Shown: positions 20,890 to 31,300 of the stretch, piece after piece
Layout: every line of letters begins with the position of its first letter
Position numbering within the stretch: position 1 is the stretch's first letter
Origin: Candidatus Binatia bacterium
GTDB taxonomy: Bacteria > Desulfobacterota > Binatia > HRBIN30
Reading direction: 5' to 3'
Assembly (NCBI GenBank): GCA_038245295.1
Contig: JBBRSP010000017.1
Location: 1 to 64,000, forward strand
DNA length: 64,000 nucleotides
Translations under genes and position numbers: made by a program
Notes under the pieces: generated by a model
Seen by the model: the letters and a program-made list of their open reading frames with translations, nothing else
What the model was told of the DNA's origin: nothing
The model's database searches: none

Positions 20890-21951
20890 ATGAGATTCAT
20901 CGATGAAGCAGAAGTTCTAGTCTCCGCCGGCGACGGTGGGCAGGGCTGCGTGAGCTTCTGTCGCGAAAAATATCGGCCGCATGGCGGCCCGGATGGCGGC
21001 GACGGCGGCAATGGCGGTGACGTCGTGTTTGTCGCCGATGCCAGTCTGACGACCCTTCTCGACTTCAAATACCAGCCTCACGTTCGCGCCAAACGCGGCG
21101 AGCATGGGCGTGGCAAACAGCAATACGGCAAAGGTGGCGAGGACGAGATCGTCCGCGTCCCCTGCGGCACGCTGGTCTACGATATTGACAACGGTATCCG
21201 CCTCTTCGACCTGAATCGGCCCGGCATGCAAGTCGTCCTTGCGCATGGCGGCAAGGGCGGGCAGGGCAACATGAAGTTCACCACCTCGACGAATCAGGCG
21301 CCGCGTCATGCACAGCCAGGCCTGCCGGGGGAGCACCGCCATATCCGCCTCGAACTCCACTTGATGGCGGATGTCGGTATCGTCGGCTTCCCGAACGCCG
21401 GTAAGTCGTCGCTCATCAGCCGTGTTTCCGCCGCCAAGCCGAAGGTGGCCGACTATCCGTTTACGACGCTTGTGCCGCACCTTGGTGTCGTGCGCGTCGG
21501 CGACACGGGCAGCTTCGTGCTGGCCGACATCCCCGGCCTTATCGAAGGGGCGCACGAAGGCCACGGCCTTGGCCTGCGCTTCTTGCGGCACGTGTCGCGC
21601 ACCTCGGTGCTGATCCACTTGATTGACGTCAGCGGGCTGAGCGGCCGCGATCCGGTGGCCGATTACGATACGATCAATCACGAGCTTGCCTGTTTCGATG
21701 CCCACCTGGCGACGAAGCCACAGATCGTGGTGGGAAACAAACTCGACCTTACCGGTGCGCGTGAGTGTTTCGAAGACGCCCAGGCGCGGCTTGCCAAACG
21801 TGGCATCGAGATGCGCGGCATCTCGGCTGCCAGCGGTGAAGGTGTCGACGAGTTGATCGGTGAAGTGGCGCGTCTGTTGAAAGACGTGCGGCGCGCCGAG
21901 GCGGCCGAGGCGGCGGTCAGCGCAACGGAGTCCTACGACGCCCGGTCATGA
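20890..21951 (+). CDS. obgE: GTPase ObgE/CgtA
   Basis: FIDEA, GGPDGGDGGNGG, GFPNAGKS, DYPFTTL, DIPGLIEGA, NKLD; synteny with rplU-rpmA. Confidence 0.97.
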   Translation: MRFIDEAEVLVSAGDGGQGCVSFCREKYRPHGGPDGGDGGNGGDVVFVADASLTTLLDFKYQPHVRAKRGEHGRGKQQYGKGGEDEIVRVPCGTLVYDIDNGIRLFDLNRPGMQVVLAHGGKGGQGNMKFTTSTNQAPRHAQPGLPGEHRHIRLELHLMADVGIVGFPNAGKSSLISRVSAAKPKVADYPFTTLVPHLGVVRVGDTGSFVLADIPGLIEGAHEGHGLGLRFLRHVSRTSVLIHLIDVSGLSGRDPVADYDTINHELACFDAHLATKPQIVVGNKLDLTGARECFEDAQARLAKRGIEMRGISAASGEGVDELIGEVARLLKDVRRAEAAEAAVSATESYDARS

Positions 21952-23093
21952 AATCGCAACTGCCGCACAAGCAGCGTCTGTTCCGAAAAATTCGCCGCGC
22001 CGTCGTCAAGATCGGCAGCAGTCTGCTGTCTGGTCCAACCGGCATCCAGCGCGCCCGTCTACGCGCCCTCGTCAGTGAAATGAGCGCCCTGCACGAGCAG
22101 GGCATCCAAGTCATGGTCGTCACCTCGGGGGCGGTCGCCGCCGGCATGGCGCGTCTCGGCATGAAGCAAAAGCCCAAGTCAGTGCCCGAACGCCAGGCCG
22201 CCGCGGCAGTCGGGCAGATCGACTTGATGGCTCTCTACGAGGAATACTTTGCGGCCTTTGGCATCACCGTGGCGCAAATCCTTCTGACCCACGACGATCT
22301 CGCCAACCGGCGCCGCTACTTGAACGCGCGCCACACGTTGGAGACCCTGTTCGCTGCCGGCGTCGTGCCGGTGGCCAACGAGAATGACACGGTGGTGACC
22401 GACGAGTTGCGCAACTTCGGCGACAACGACAATCTGTCGGCGCTGATCGCCGGCCTGGTCGACGCCGACGCGCTCGTCCTCCTCAGCGACGTCGAAGGAG
22501 TTTTCACCAAGAACCCACATCTGCACCCGGACGCCGAGCTCGTGGAGGTTCTCGATCCAAGTGATCCCAAGAGCGAGCTGTCGTTCGAAGGGAAGAGCGC
22601 CGTGGGCACGGGTGGTATGGCGTCGAAGTTTGCCGCCGCCAAGAAGGCGGCGCTTGCCGGCGTGCCGACGGTCATCGCCGACGGACGCAATGATGGTGTG
22701 TTGCCGCGTTTGTTCGATGCGAAACAATCTGTCGGGACCCTGATCGTTCCCGAGGCGGATCGCCTGACGAGTCGTAAGCATTGGATTGCCTTCACTCTGA
22801 AGCCGTCCGGAGTGCTCGTCGTCGACCGCGGTGCCGCCGACGCGGTGCTGGAACGCGGCCGCAGCCTGCTCCCCAAGGGCCTGCGCGAAGTTCAGGGACG
22901 ATTCGATGGCGGCGAGTGCGTGCGCTGCGTCGACCCCGACGGCAAAGAGTTTGCCCGCGGCCTGGTGAACTACAGCAGTGATGAGCTCGGCAAGATCAAA
23001 GGCCTGCATTCGACGAAGATAGAAGCGGCCCTCGGTTACAAGCTGAGCGACGAGATCATCCATCGCAACGACCTCGTACTGTTGGAGTCGTAG
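21948..23093 (+). CDS. proB: Glutamate 5-kinase
   Basis: VVKIGSS, SGAVAAG, NENDTV, FGDNDNLSA, GTGGM; PUA domain. Confidence 0.97.
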   Translation: MKSQLPHKQRLFRKIRRAVVKIGSSLLSGPTGIQRARLRALVSEMSALHEQGIQVMVVTSGAVAAGMARLGMKQKPKSVPERQAAAAVGQIDLMALYEEYFAAFGITVAQILLTHDDLANRRRYLNARHTLETLFAAGVVPVANENDTVVTDELRNFGDNDNLSALIAGLVDADALVLLSDVEGVFTKNPHLHPDAELVEVLDPSDPKSELSFEGKSAVGTGGMASKFAAAKKAALAGVPTVIADGRNDGVLPRLFDAKQSVGTLIVPEADRLTSRKHWIAFTLKPSGVLVVDRGAADAVLERGRSLLPKGLREVQGRFDGGECVRCVDPDGKEFARGLVNYSSDELGKIKGLHSTKIEAALGYKLSDEIIHRNDLVLLES

Positions 23094-23318
23094 GTGGGCA
23101 TGCTGCCCGCGGGCTGAAGGGGCCGGCTAACAATTTGCGGAGCCGGCTCACCCTGAGCCGGTGCTTGGTTGAAATCAAAAACACAGTGGTTTTGCGCTGA
23201 GCTCGTCATCAGGCACGGGCAACGAGGGCGAGGGATCTGGACGGAATGTTGCGTTGCATCTGGCCCGGTCACGCCGTATCGTCGCGTCCATCACGGGGAC
23301 CTGAGGGCGATCTACAGA

Positions 23319-24650
23319 ATGGACAGGTTCGACAGAACGACCGATGCGAGGCCAATCCGCTGCGAAGGCGGCCGCCGAAGGCTGGCTCAACCTGAACGCC
23401 GCCGGCGTGCGCCGGTTAGAACCTCGCTGGCGCCCGTTCTGGCACTGCTGGTGACGCTGTTCGTGGGCGGGGTACGGGCTCAAGAGGTCATCAACCTAAA
23501 CGTCGGCACGCCGGTGCTCGACGATCTCGGCCTCGACACGCTCGGCCGTTTGTACCGCGTAACTCCGGGAGCCGGGCATCACCTGATTGTCACGATCGAG
23601 AAGGTCACCGACTTCGCGTCTCAAATGGACCTCAAGTTCAAGGCCGCTCCGACGGAAGCGGACCACGACGATCGCGACGGCGGCAGCGCTGATCTCACCG
23701 ACCAGGCCGTCGAAGTCGTGCTCACCAAGACCGGTAGCTACTTCATTCTGGTCACCGGCGACGCGCATGGTCGCTACACAATCGCCGCACAAACCGAAGA
23801 CACGCTGCCGGTTCTCGCGCCTGGTGCCTCGCTGTCCGACGATCTCGTGCGCCAGGGCGGTGAGCGATACTACAGCCTTTCGCCTGGCGGTGCGCAGCAT
23901 CTGTTCGTGACGCTCGACAAAGCCGAACCGTTCGCGTCGCGTACGGATCTGCGGTTCAAGTTCCTGCCGGAAACAAACTCGAGTGATGCTTCATCGGGCG
24001 GTGATCGTGCCACCGGCGGCCAGGCCGTCGAGATTCGCAGTACCAAAGCTGGTACCTACTTCGTGCGTGTCAGCGCCACCTGCTGCGACCGCGGCGGTGC
24101 CTACACGCTGACCGCGAATACGCTGGCGACCCTACCTCTTCTGATGAACGGCGTGCCTCTCGTCGACGACGCGCCGGCTCAGGGCGCCGAGCGCTATTAC
24201 CGCATGACGTCGGTTGCCGGCGCAGCCTTGCGCCTGACGATGGATAAGCTGTCGCGCTTCGCCTCCCAACTCGACATCCGCTTCGGTACGTTGCCCAACG
24301 ACGTCGATCGTGACGGCAGCGACGGCGGCGACCGCGATCAGAGTGATCAGTCGGTGCTCATCTCGCCGACCAAGGCCGGCGACTACTTCGCGCGTGTGAA
24401 GGCGACGTGTTGTGACAATGGCGGCAGGTTTCGTTTGACGGTCGCGTCTTCCGAGCCGCCCGCCTGTGCCGGCGATTGCAATGGGGATGGCGAGGTTACC
24501 GTCGACGAGCTGTTGCTGCTGGTCAACATCAGTCTCGACGCTGCGGCGGTCACCCAATGCCGCGCCGGTGACGCCAACGGCGATGGGGCCATCGCCGTCA
24601 ATGAGATCATTGCCGCCGTGAACCGTGGGTTGGCGGGTTGTGGACCTTAG
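23319..24650 (+). CDS. Secreted protein with three PPC-like beta-sandwich repeats and dockerin-like C-terminus
   Basis: Three repeats (RYYR..., FASQ.D.rF, TKAG.YF); CAGDCNGDGEVTVDELL; start uncertain. Confidence 0.7.
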   Translation: MDRFDRTTDARPIRCEGGRRRLAQPERRRRAPVRTSLAPVLALLVTLFVGGVRAQEVINLNVGTPVLDDLGLDTLGRLYRVTPGAGHHLIVTIEKVTDFASQMDLKFKAAPTEADHDDRDGGSADLTDQAVEVVLTKTGSYFILVTGDAHGRYTIAAQTEDTLPVLAPGASLSDDLVRQGGERYYSLSPGGAQHLFVTLDKAEPFASRTDLRFKFLPETNSSDASSGGDRATGGQAVEIRSTKAGTYFVRVSATCCDRGGAYTLTANTLATLPLLMNGVPLVDDAPAQGAERYYRMTSVAGAALRLTMDKLSRFASQLDIRFGTLPNDVDRDGSDGGDRDQSDQSVLISPTKAGDYFARVKATCCDNGGRFRLTVASSEPPACAGDCNGDGEVTVDELLLLVNISLDAAAVTQCRAGDANGDGAIAVNEIIAAVNRGLAGCGP

Positions 24651-24708
24651 GCGGGCGGCGCCTCGACTGCACTCCTGCGAGGGATGGGAAGAATGGGTTC
24701 CATGACTC

Positions 24709-25500
24709 TCATTTGCGGGCTGCCTTGCGGAACTCGGGTGGTCGCTTCTCGAGAAACGCGGTGCGGCCTTCCTGCGCCTCGGCGGTGCCGTAGTAGAGCT
24801 CGAGGGCGCTGAATCCCATTTCGGTGATGCCGTGGATGTGATCGGTGTCGGCGTTGAACGATACTTTGGCTAGCTTCAATGCCGTTGGGCTCATGGCCAG
24901 CAGGTCGCGGCACCACTGCTCGACTTCGCTTCTTAGCTCGGCCGCCGGGACCACTTTGTTGACCAGTCCCATTTCGAGAGCTTGCTGCGCCGAGTATTGC
25001 CGGCACAGGAACCAGATCTCTCGCGCTTTCTTCTCGCCGACAATACGGGACAGATAGGCCGTGCCGAATCCCGGGTCGACACTGCCGACGCGCGGGCCGA
25101 CCTGTCCGAAAACGGCAGTATCGGCGGCGATGCTGAGGTCGCAAACGACGTGCAAGACGTGGCCGCCGCCGATCGCAAACCCATTCACCATGGCGATGAC
25201 CGGCTTTGGAATGCTGCGAATCACGCCGTGTAAGCCGGCGACGTCGAGGCCAATCCCGGTGCCGCCGCTGTACCCCTTGTCGCCGCGATCACGCTGATCG
25301 CCCCCCGAGCAAAATGCTTTGTCGCCGGCGCCGGTGAGTACGACCACACCGACGTCGTTGTCGGCCCAGGCGTCCTTGAAGGCGGCGATCAGCTCATCGA
25401 CGGTGCGGGCTCGGAAGGCGTTGCGGACTTGCGGTCGGTTGATGGTGATCCAGGCGACGCCATCGGACTTGTCGAGCAGGATATCGCTGTAGTCGGCCAT
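24709..25500 (-). CDS. menB: Crotonase, 1,4-dihydroxy-2-naphthoyl-CoA synthase (MenB)/BadI-like
   Basis: [52 protein letters not shown]. Confidence 0.75.
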   Translation of the reverse strand: MADYSDILLDKSDGVAWITINRPQVRNAFRARTVDELIAAFKDAWADNDVGVVVLTGAGDKAFCSGGDQRDRGDKGYSGGTGIGLDVAGLHGVIRSIPKPVIAMVNGFAIGGGHVLHVVCDLSIAADTAVFGQVGPRVGSVDPGFGTAYLSRIVGEKKAREIWFLCRQYSAQQALEMGLVNKVVPAAELRSEVEQWCRDLLAMSPTALKLAKVSFNADTDHIHGITEMGFSALELYYGTAEAQEGRTAFLEKRPPEFRKAARK

Positions 25501-25583
25501 GATGTTTCCCTCCACGTGGCGCTGCTTATCGTCGTTTGCCGCTTGCGAGACAACCGCACCCAATTTAGAGACGCGATGACTCT

Positions 25584-26870
25584 ATGCCGCACGCCAATTC
25601 ATCGACGCCAACGCAGCTGCCGTCGTACCGCGACTTCGTCGACGATGCCTTGTTCCATCCACGCTGGGGTTACTACAGCACCGGGCAGGTGCGCTTCGGC
25701 GATGGTGGTCACTACGACACGTTTCCGATCGCCTTGTCGCCGCACTTCGGCCGCATGGTGGCGCGCCTGGCGTATCGCACCTGGCGGCGCCTAGGGCAGC
25801 CGCGGCGCTTTGAGATCTGTGAGCTGGGGGCAGGCAATGGCCAGTTATGCCAGGACACATTACTGGCCATCGACCTCGCGCCACGCCGTGGCGCCTGGAC
25901 GCAGTTCGCGCGCGCCTGTCGTTACCGCATCGTTGAACGCAGCCCGGCGTTGATCGCCCGCCAACGGCAGGCGCTCGGCCCGCTGGCCAACAGGGTCGAC
26001 TGGCTCGAAGCCGATCTCGCGCAGGCTCCGGCGCATGTGGCGGGTATGGCCGCGTGTGGCCTGATCATCGCGAATGAGGTGCTCGATTGCCTGGCGCATC
26101 AGAAGGTCGTTCCTGCCGGCGACGGGCCGCCACGCGTCGCCTTCGTCGAGGCGCGGAAGGGCGGGGAGGGAAAACCGCTGACCCGCGAGCAGCTCAATCG
26201 CGCCATGGCGGCGGGCGGGCGTGCGGACCTGCAGTTGCAGGAAGTCCTGCGGCCGATGGTGGAGATGCCGGATGTCGACGGGTTTGTTCGCCGACACTAT
26301 CCGGAGCTGATCACTCCCTGGCACGGCAAAGTGAAGCCCTACTTCGCCTGTCCGGCGTATGGCGAGCTGATGCGCAACACGGGGGCGCTCTATAAACGCG
26401 CCGAGGCGATCTGGATCGACTATGGCGACCTGCGTGACTTCCACCTGCGTGCCTCGGCGAAGCTCAAGGAGTTTGCCGGGCCACCACGCTCGGGTGCGTC
26501 GGTTTACGACGATCCCGGACGTGACGACATCACCTTCATGGTCGACTTCTCGGCCGTAGCGGAGGAAGCAGAGGCCGCTGGTTGGCGTGTTGTCAACTAT
26601 GGCGGCCAGCGCGAACTGTCGCGGCGCAGTGGCATACGCCTGGATGAACGCGCTGCGGCGGAGATCCTCGACTATCGCATGGTGCGGTGGATGTTGGCTG
26701 TCGTCGGCGTCGGTGCCGAGAAGGAGTGGCGACAATCGAGTCTTACCTGGGACAAGAAGGCGGCACGTGGCGGCCGGGTACGCGACGACGTGCGGCGGAC
26801 GATCGATGAGTTCCTCGGGCGTCGTCAATCGTTCTTTCGCGTCGTCGTCCTGCGCCGTGGCAAGGCATGA
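25584..26870 (+). CDS. SAM-dependent methyltransferase, MidA/NDUFAF7 family
   Basis: LFHPRWGYY, ELGAGNGQL, IIANEVLD, IDYG, DITFMVDF. Confidence 0.85.
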   Translation: MPHANSSTPTQLPSYRDFVDDALFHPRWGYYSTGQVRFGDGGHYDTFPIALSPHFGRMVARLAYRTWRRLGQPRRFEICELGAGNGQLCQDTLLAIDLAPRRGAWTQFARACRYRIVERSPALIARQRQALGPLANRVDWLEADLAQAPAHVAGMAACGLIIANEVLDCLAHQKVVPAGDGPPRVAFVEARKGGEGKPLTREQLNRAMAAGGRADLQLQEVLRPMVEMPDVDGFVRRHYPELITPWHGKVKPYFACPAYGELMRNTGALYKRAEAIWIDYGDLRDFHLRASAKLKEFAGPPRSGASVYDDPGRDDITFMVDFSAVAEEAEAAGWRVVNYGGQRELSRRSGIRLDERAAAEILDYRMVRWMLAVVGVGAEKEWRQSSLTWDKKAARGGRVRDDVRRTIDEFLGRRQSFFRVVVLRRGKA

Positions 26871-27064
26871 CGGCGCGCTCGTTGAGGTTGCGATTGAGAG
26901 CCCGGGCTCGTCGCCCTCAACTTCCTCGCCACATCACGATCATTCGCTGGGTATCTACCGGTCCCCAGAAGGCGTAGTCTGCAGGCTGCACTCGTGCCGG
27001 CTCCAGGTGGCCGCTGTCCCTTCCTCGAGCGGAAGGGCCCCAAGGTCGTCCGAGGAAGCTGCTT

Positions 27065-27742
27065 ATGCCCGACTACGAAGTTGAGACAGCCACACACCAC
27101 ATCGGGGCGGATGACTATCAGATTCGTTCGCTGATTGATCGCCAACAGTTCTCGGACCCAGACGGCAGCGCCGAGCGCGCCGGCATCTGTTCGGCGTCGT
27201 GGCCTTTGTTTGGGATCGTCTGGCCGGCGGGGCTGGCCCTGGCGCAGGAGATGAGCGGTTTTGCCATCGCCGGCAAGAGTATCCTCGAGGTTGGCTGCGG
27301 CATCGGTCTCAGTAGTCTTGTGTTGCAGCGCCGTGGCGCCAATATCACCACCTGCGACTATCATCCCCTGGCCAAAGAGTTCCTGCGCCGCAACACCGAT
27401 CTGAACGGCTTGCTGCCGATTCGCTTCTTCAACGCCCCGTGGGCCGGACCGAACCCGGAGCTCGGTCGGTTCGACCTGATCATCGGTAGCGATCTTCTCT
27501 ACGAGCGCGATCATGCGGGCCTGCTCGCCGGCTTCCTCGCCTGCCATGCCAATCCGGTGGCGCAGATTGTCGTGGCCGATCCCGGCAGAACATACTGCAA
27601 TCAGTTTGGCGCGCGTCTCGAGGAACAAGGTTATGCGCGCACGGAAAGACGATTAAGCATGAACCTCGATGCGGCCTCGCGGCGTGGTCGCATGATGAGC
27701 TTCATCCGCGGGCCATTGCCGCCGCCGACCACTCGGTCATGA
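27065..27742 (+). CDS. Class I SAM-dependent methyltransferase (family-16, protein methyltransferase-like)
   Basis: WPLFGIVWPAG, ILEVGCGIGL, FDLIIGSDLLYE, DPGR. Confidence 0.85.
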   Translation: MPDYEVETATHHIGADDYQIRSLIDRQQFSDPDGSAERAGICSASWPLFGIVWPAGLALAQEMSGFAIAGKSILEVGCGIGLSSLVLQRRGANITTCDYHPLAKEFLRRNTDLNGLLPIRFFNAPWAGPNPELGRFDLIIGSDLLYERDHAGLLAGFLACHANPVAQIVVADPGRTYCNQFGARLEEQGYARTERRLSMNLDAASRRGRMMSFIRGPLPPPTTRS

Positions 27743-27775
27743 GCCTGTGTCAGCGCGCTTGATTGGTGCGGACGG

Positions 27776-27803
27776 TTGCACTCTGCCAGAAGCGAGCTAA
27801 GGT
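27776..27803 (+). promoter_or_regulatory. Putative sigma70 promoter of the RRM gene (about 200-nt leader)
   Basis: TTGCAC-N16-TAAGGT. Confidence 0.4.
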
Positions 27804-28008
27804 CGTGCTCGTACTGATTGTCCGGCGCGAGGGCCGCCCTCGCTTTTCAAGCCCACGAGAACTCCCGCACCCCACAATTCAGGCAGACACAGCCACGGCA
27901 ATGGACAGTAGTCCATGAGGCGCACCCGGTCCGGTGCGTCGGAGCCGTGACGATCTGGGCTCAACATCAACTTGACCGCTTCGGCGGTCGCAAACTAGGG
28001 AGTGTATC

Positions 28009-28299
28009 ATGGGTAAGAAGCTGTATATCGGTAATTTGGCCTTCGGCGTGAACGATCGGGACCTTCAGGACCTCTTTTCTCAGGCCGGCGTGTGTGAGTC
28101 GACCGCGGTCATCACTGACCGCGAGACCGGCCAGTCACGCGGCTTTGGTTTTGTGGAGATGGGCTCAAACGACGAAGCCCAGAAGGCGATTGCTCAGTTC
28201 AACGGCCACGAGCTCAGCGGTCGCGCCATCAAGGTCAACGAAGCGAAAGAGCGTGAAAAGGGCGGTGGCGGTGGTGGCGGCGGCGGTCGTCGCTACTAG
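28009..28299 (+). CDS. RRM RNA-binding protein with Gly-rich tail
   Basis: KLYIGNL (RNP2), RGFGFVEM (RNP1), GGGGGGGGRRY. Confidence 0.95.
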   Translation: MGKKLYIGNLAFGVNDRDLQDLFSQAGVCESTAVITDRETGQSRGFGFVEMGSNDEAQKAIAQFNGHELSGRAIKVNEAKEREKGGGGGGGGGRRY

Positions 28300-28324
28300 T
28301 CTGCCTCGGTCCTAATTGTCGAGC

Positions 28325-28353
28325 GGAGAGGGTCGGCTTTGCCGGCCCTCTCC
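28325..28353 (+). terminator. Hairpin after the RRM gene
   Basis: GGAGAGGGTCGGC-TTT-GCCGGCCCTCTCC; no U-tract. Confidence 0.5.
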
Positions 28354-28381
28354 CGCATCCGCCACAGGCGTGGATGGGACG

Positions 28382-31300
28382 ATGAAACGCCGCGAATCTC
28401 GGCCAACCAAACCGAGGCAACGCAAGACCTACGCGAGCCTTGCCGGCCGCGGCGTAAAATCGAGCGCCGTCGCCGTCCGCCCATGCCAACTGCCGATCGT
28501 CGGCCTTGGCGCCTCCGCCGGTGGCCTCGACGCTTTCAAAAAGCTCTTCAGCTCATTGCCCGACGACTCCGGTGCGGCGTTCATTCTGATCCAGCACCTC
28601 GACCCGACGCGCAAGAGCCTCACCGCCGATCTAGTCGGTAGGTCCACGCACATGCGGGTCGTCGAGGCGGAGGATGGAATGCCGGTCGAGGCAAACCATG
28701 TCTACGTCATCCCTCCCAATGAGTATCTGAGTATCTCCGGTCACTCCCTGCATCTGAGCCCGCCCACCGAGCCCCGCAGCCTGCGCATGGCGATCGATTT
28801 CTTTCTGCGTTCGTTGGCCGAATCACAACAGGAAAACGCGGTTGGTGTGATCTTGTCGGGTAGCGGCACGGACGGCACCCTCGGCTTGAGAGAGATCAAG
28901 GCCGCCGGCGGGATGACGATGGTGCAAGACCCGCAGACCGCTCAGCACGACGGCATGCCGCGCAGCGCCATTGCCACCGGTTGTGTTGACTACATAGTCC
29001 CCCTCGAACGTATGGCCGAGACGCTGGTCGCCTACCTGTACCGCAGAGCCCGCGTCACGACGCCCGAGTCCGTATCCGAAGCGAACGACCCGATGATGCG
29101 GGTAATCGGGTTGCTGCAGGTGCATACCAAGTTCGACTTCAGCGGTTACAAGAAGGGCACGCTGCGGCGCCGACTGCAACATCGCATGAGCCTGCAGCAC
29201 ATCGAGCAGATGTCCGTCTACCTCGACCTTCTGCGCGCTGACCCAGCCGAGGCGACAGCCTTGTTCAAAGAGCTACTCATCAATGTCACCAGCTTCTTCC
29301 GCGACCCGGCTGCCTGGCAGCTGCTCCAGGAGCAAGTCATTCGTCGTCTGGTCGCGGCGAAGGATGACGGCGGCGTTCTGCGCGTCTGGGTACCGGCTTG
29401 CGCCACTGGCGAGGAAGCCTACTCGCTCGCCATAGTGCTGACCGACGAGATCCACGCCTCGGGCAAGAACCTGCGTTTGCAAGTGTTCGCGTCCGATGTC
29501 GATACGGAAGCGCTAAACAGCGCACGCGCCGGCGTTTATCCGGAGGGCATCGCGGCGCATGTCAGCACAGAGCGATTGGCGCGCTACTTCCTCAAGGATG
29601 AGCATACCTACCGCGTCACCAAGGACCTGCGCGACAGCGTCGTCTTCGCCCAGCAGAGCCTGGTCAGCGACCCGCCGTTCTCCAAACTCGATCTAGTGAG
29701 TTGCCGAAATCTGTTCATCTACCTCGAGACCAAGATACAGGAGCGACTCCTACCGTTGTTGCACTTCGCACTCCTGGATGGCGGCTACCTGTTCCTCGGC
29801 AGTGCCGAGGGTGTCGGGACGCAACAGGATTTGTTCGCGGCGGTCTCCGCCAAGTGGCGAATCTATCGGCGTGTCGGTCCGACGCGCCACGAGCGTTTGC
29901 AGTTCCCGGTCTCACCGACCAGCATGCCCATCGTGCGAGGTAAAATGCCGATCGGCGCCGCACCTGGTCGTGTCGCGACGCTGGCGCAGCATCTACTCCT
30001 GCAGCGCTACGCGCGGGCGTGTGTGATCATCAACCGTATCGGTGAGATTCTCTATTTCCACGGCCGCACGGACGACTATCTGGCGCAGCCCGATGGAGTG
30101 CCGACGCAGGATTTGCTGGCGATGGCGCGCAACGGATTGCGCGCCAAACTTCGCTCTGCGGTGCAGGCTGCGATGCGCGACAACCAAGCGGTTGTGGTTA
30201 CCGAAGTGCCGGTTCGTCGCCATGGGAAGTTTCCGCGCGTCAAAATTTTCGTCGAGCCGCTCACTGGTATGACCGAGGCCGAGCCTCTCTGGTTGGTGTC
30301 ACTGGAGGACGAAGCGGAATCTGCGACGCCGAATCCGCCAAGCCCGGCCAGCGCTGCCGCCAATCGTACCGACGCCGCCCTCGTCCACCAGCTCGAGTAC
30401 GAGCTCAAGGCCAGCAAGGAAGACTTGCAACAGACGATCGAAGAGCTGCGGGCATCGAACGAAGAGCTCATGTCGGTGAACGAGGAGCTGCAATCGAGCA
30501 ACGAGGAGCTCGAAACATCCAAGGAAGAGCTGCAATCAGTCAATGAAGAGCTGGGCACCGCGAATGCGCAGCTGGAGAGCAAGATCAGCGAGCTCCAGGC
30601 CACGAATAACGATCTCGACAACCTGTTGACCAGCACCAACATCGCGACCCTCTTCCTGGATCGGCAGTTGTGTATCCGACGTTTCACGCCCGCGGCGACA
30701 CAGCTGTTCCGTTTGATCCCCGCCGATATCGGTCGACCGATCGGTGATATCGCGCTGCGATTTACCGACCCGGAGCTGCTGTCCGATGCGGCGTCGGTCT
30801 TGAAAAAGGCCGGTGTTCCGAATCGCGAAGTTCAGGCGCAGGACGGTCGTTGGTACGTCCGTCAGGTCCTGCCGTATGTCACGCGTGACGGTCCCCCGGA
30901 AGGTGTAGTGGTCACGCTCTCCGATGTCGCGGCCGAGGCACTGCTGGAAGCACGTCTCTACGCCGAGGCTATCGTCGATACGGTCCGTGAACCGCTGCTT
31001 GTGCTGAACCCGGACTTGCACGTGATGTCCGCCAACCGCTCCTTCTATGCGACCTTTAGAACTTCCGCGATGGAGACGGTTGGCCGCCTGCTGTTTGATC
31101 TGGGAGATGGGTCTTGGGACATTCCACAGCTGCGCTCGCTGTTGGGTGAGGTGTTGCCGAAGCAGCATGTGATGAACGACTTCGAGGTGCAGCACAAGAG
31201 TGCCGCGGGCATGCGCACTATGCTGCTGAACGCGCGTGTGGTGTTGCGCGTCGCCGCGCGGCCCGATTTGATTCTGCTCGCCATCGAAGACGTTACCGAG

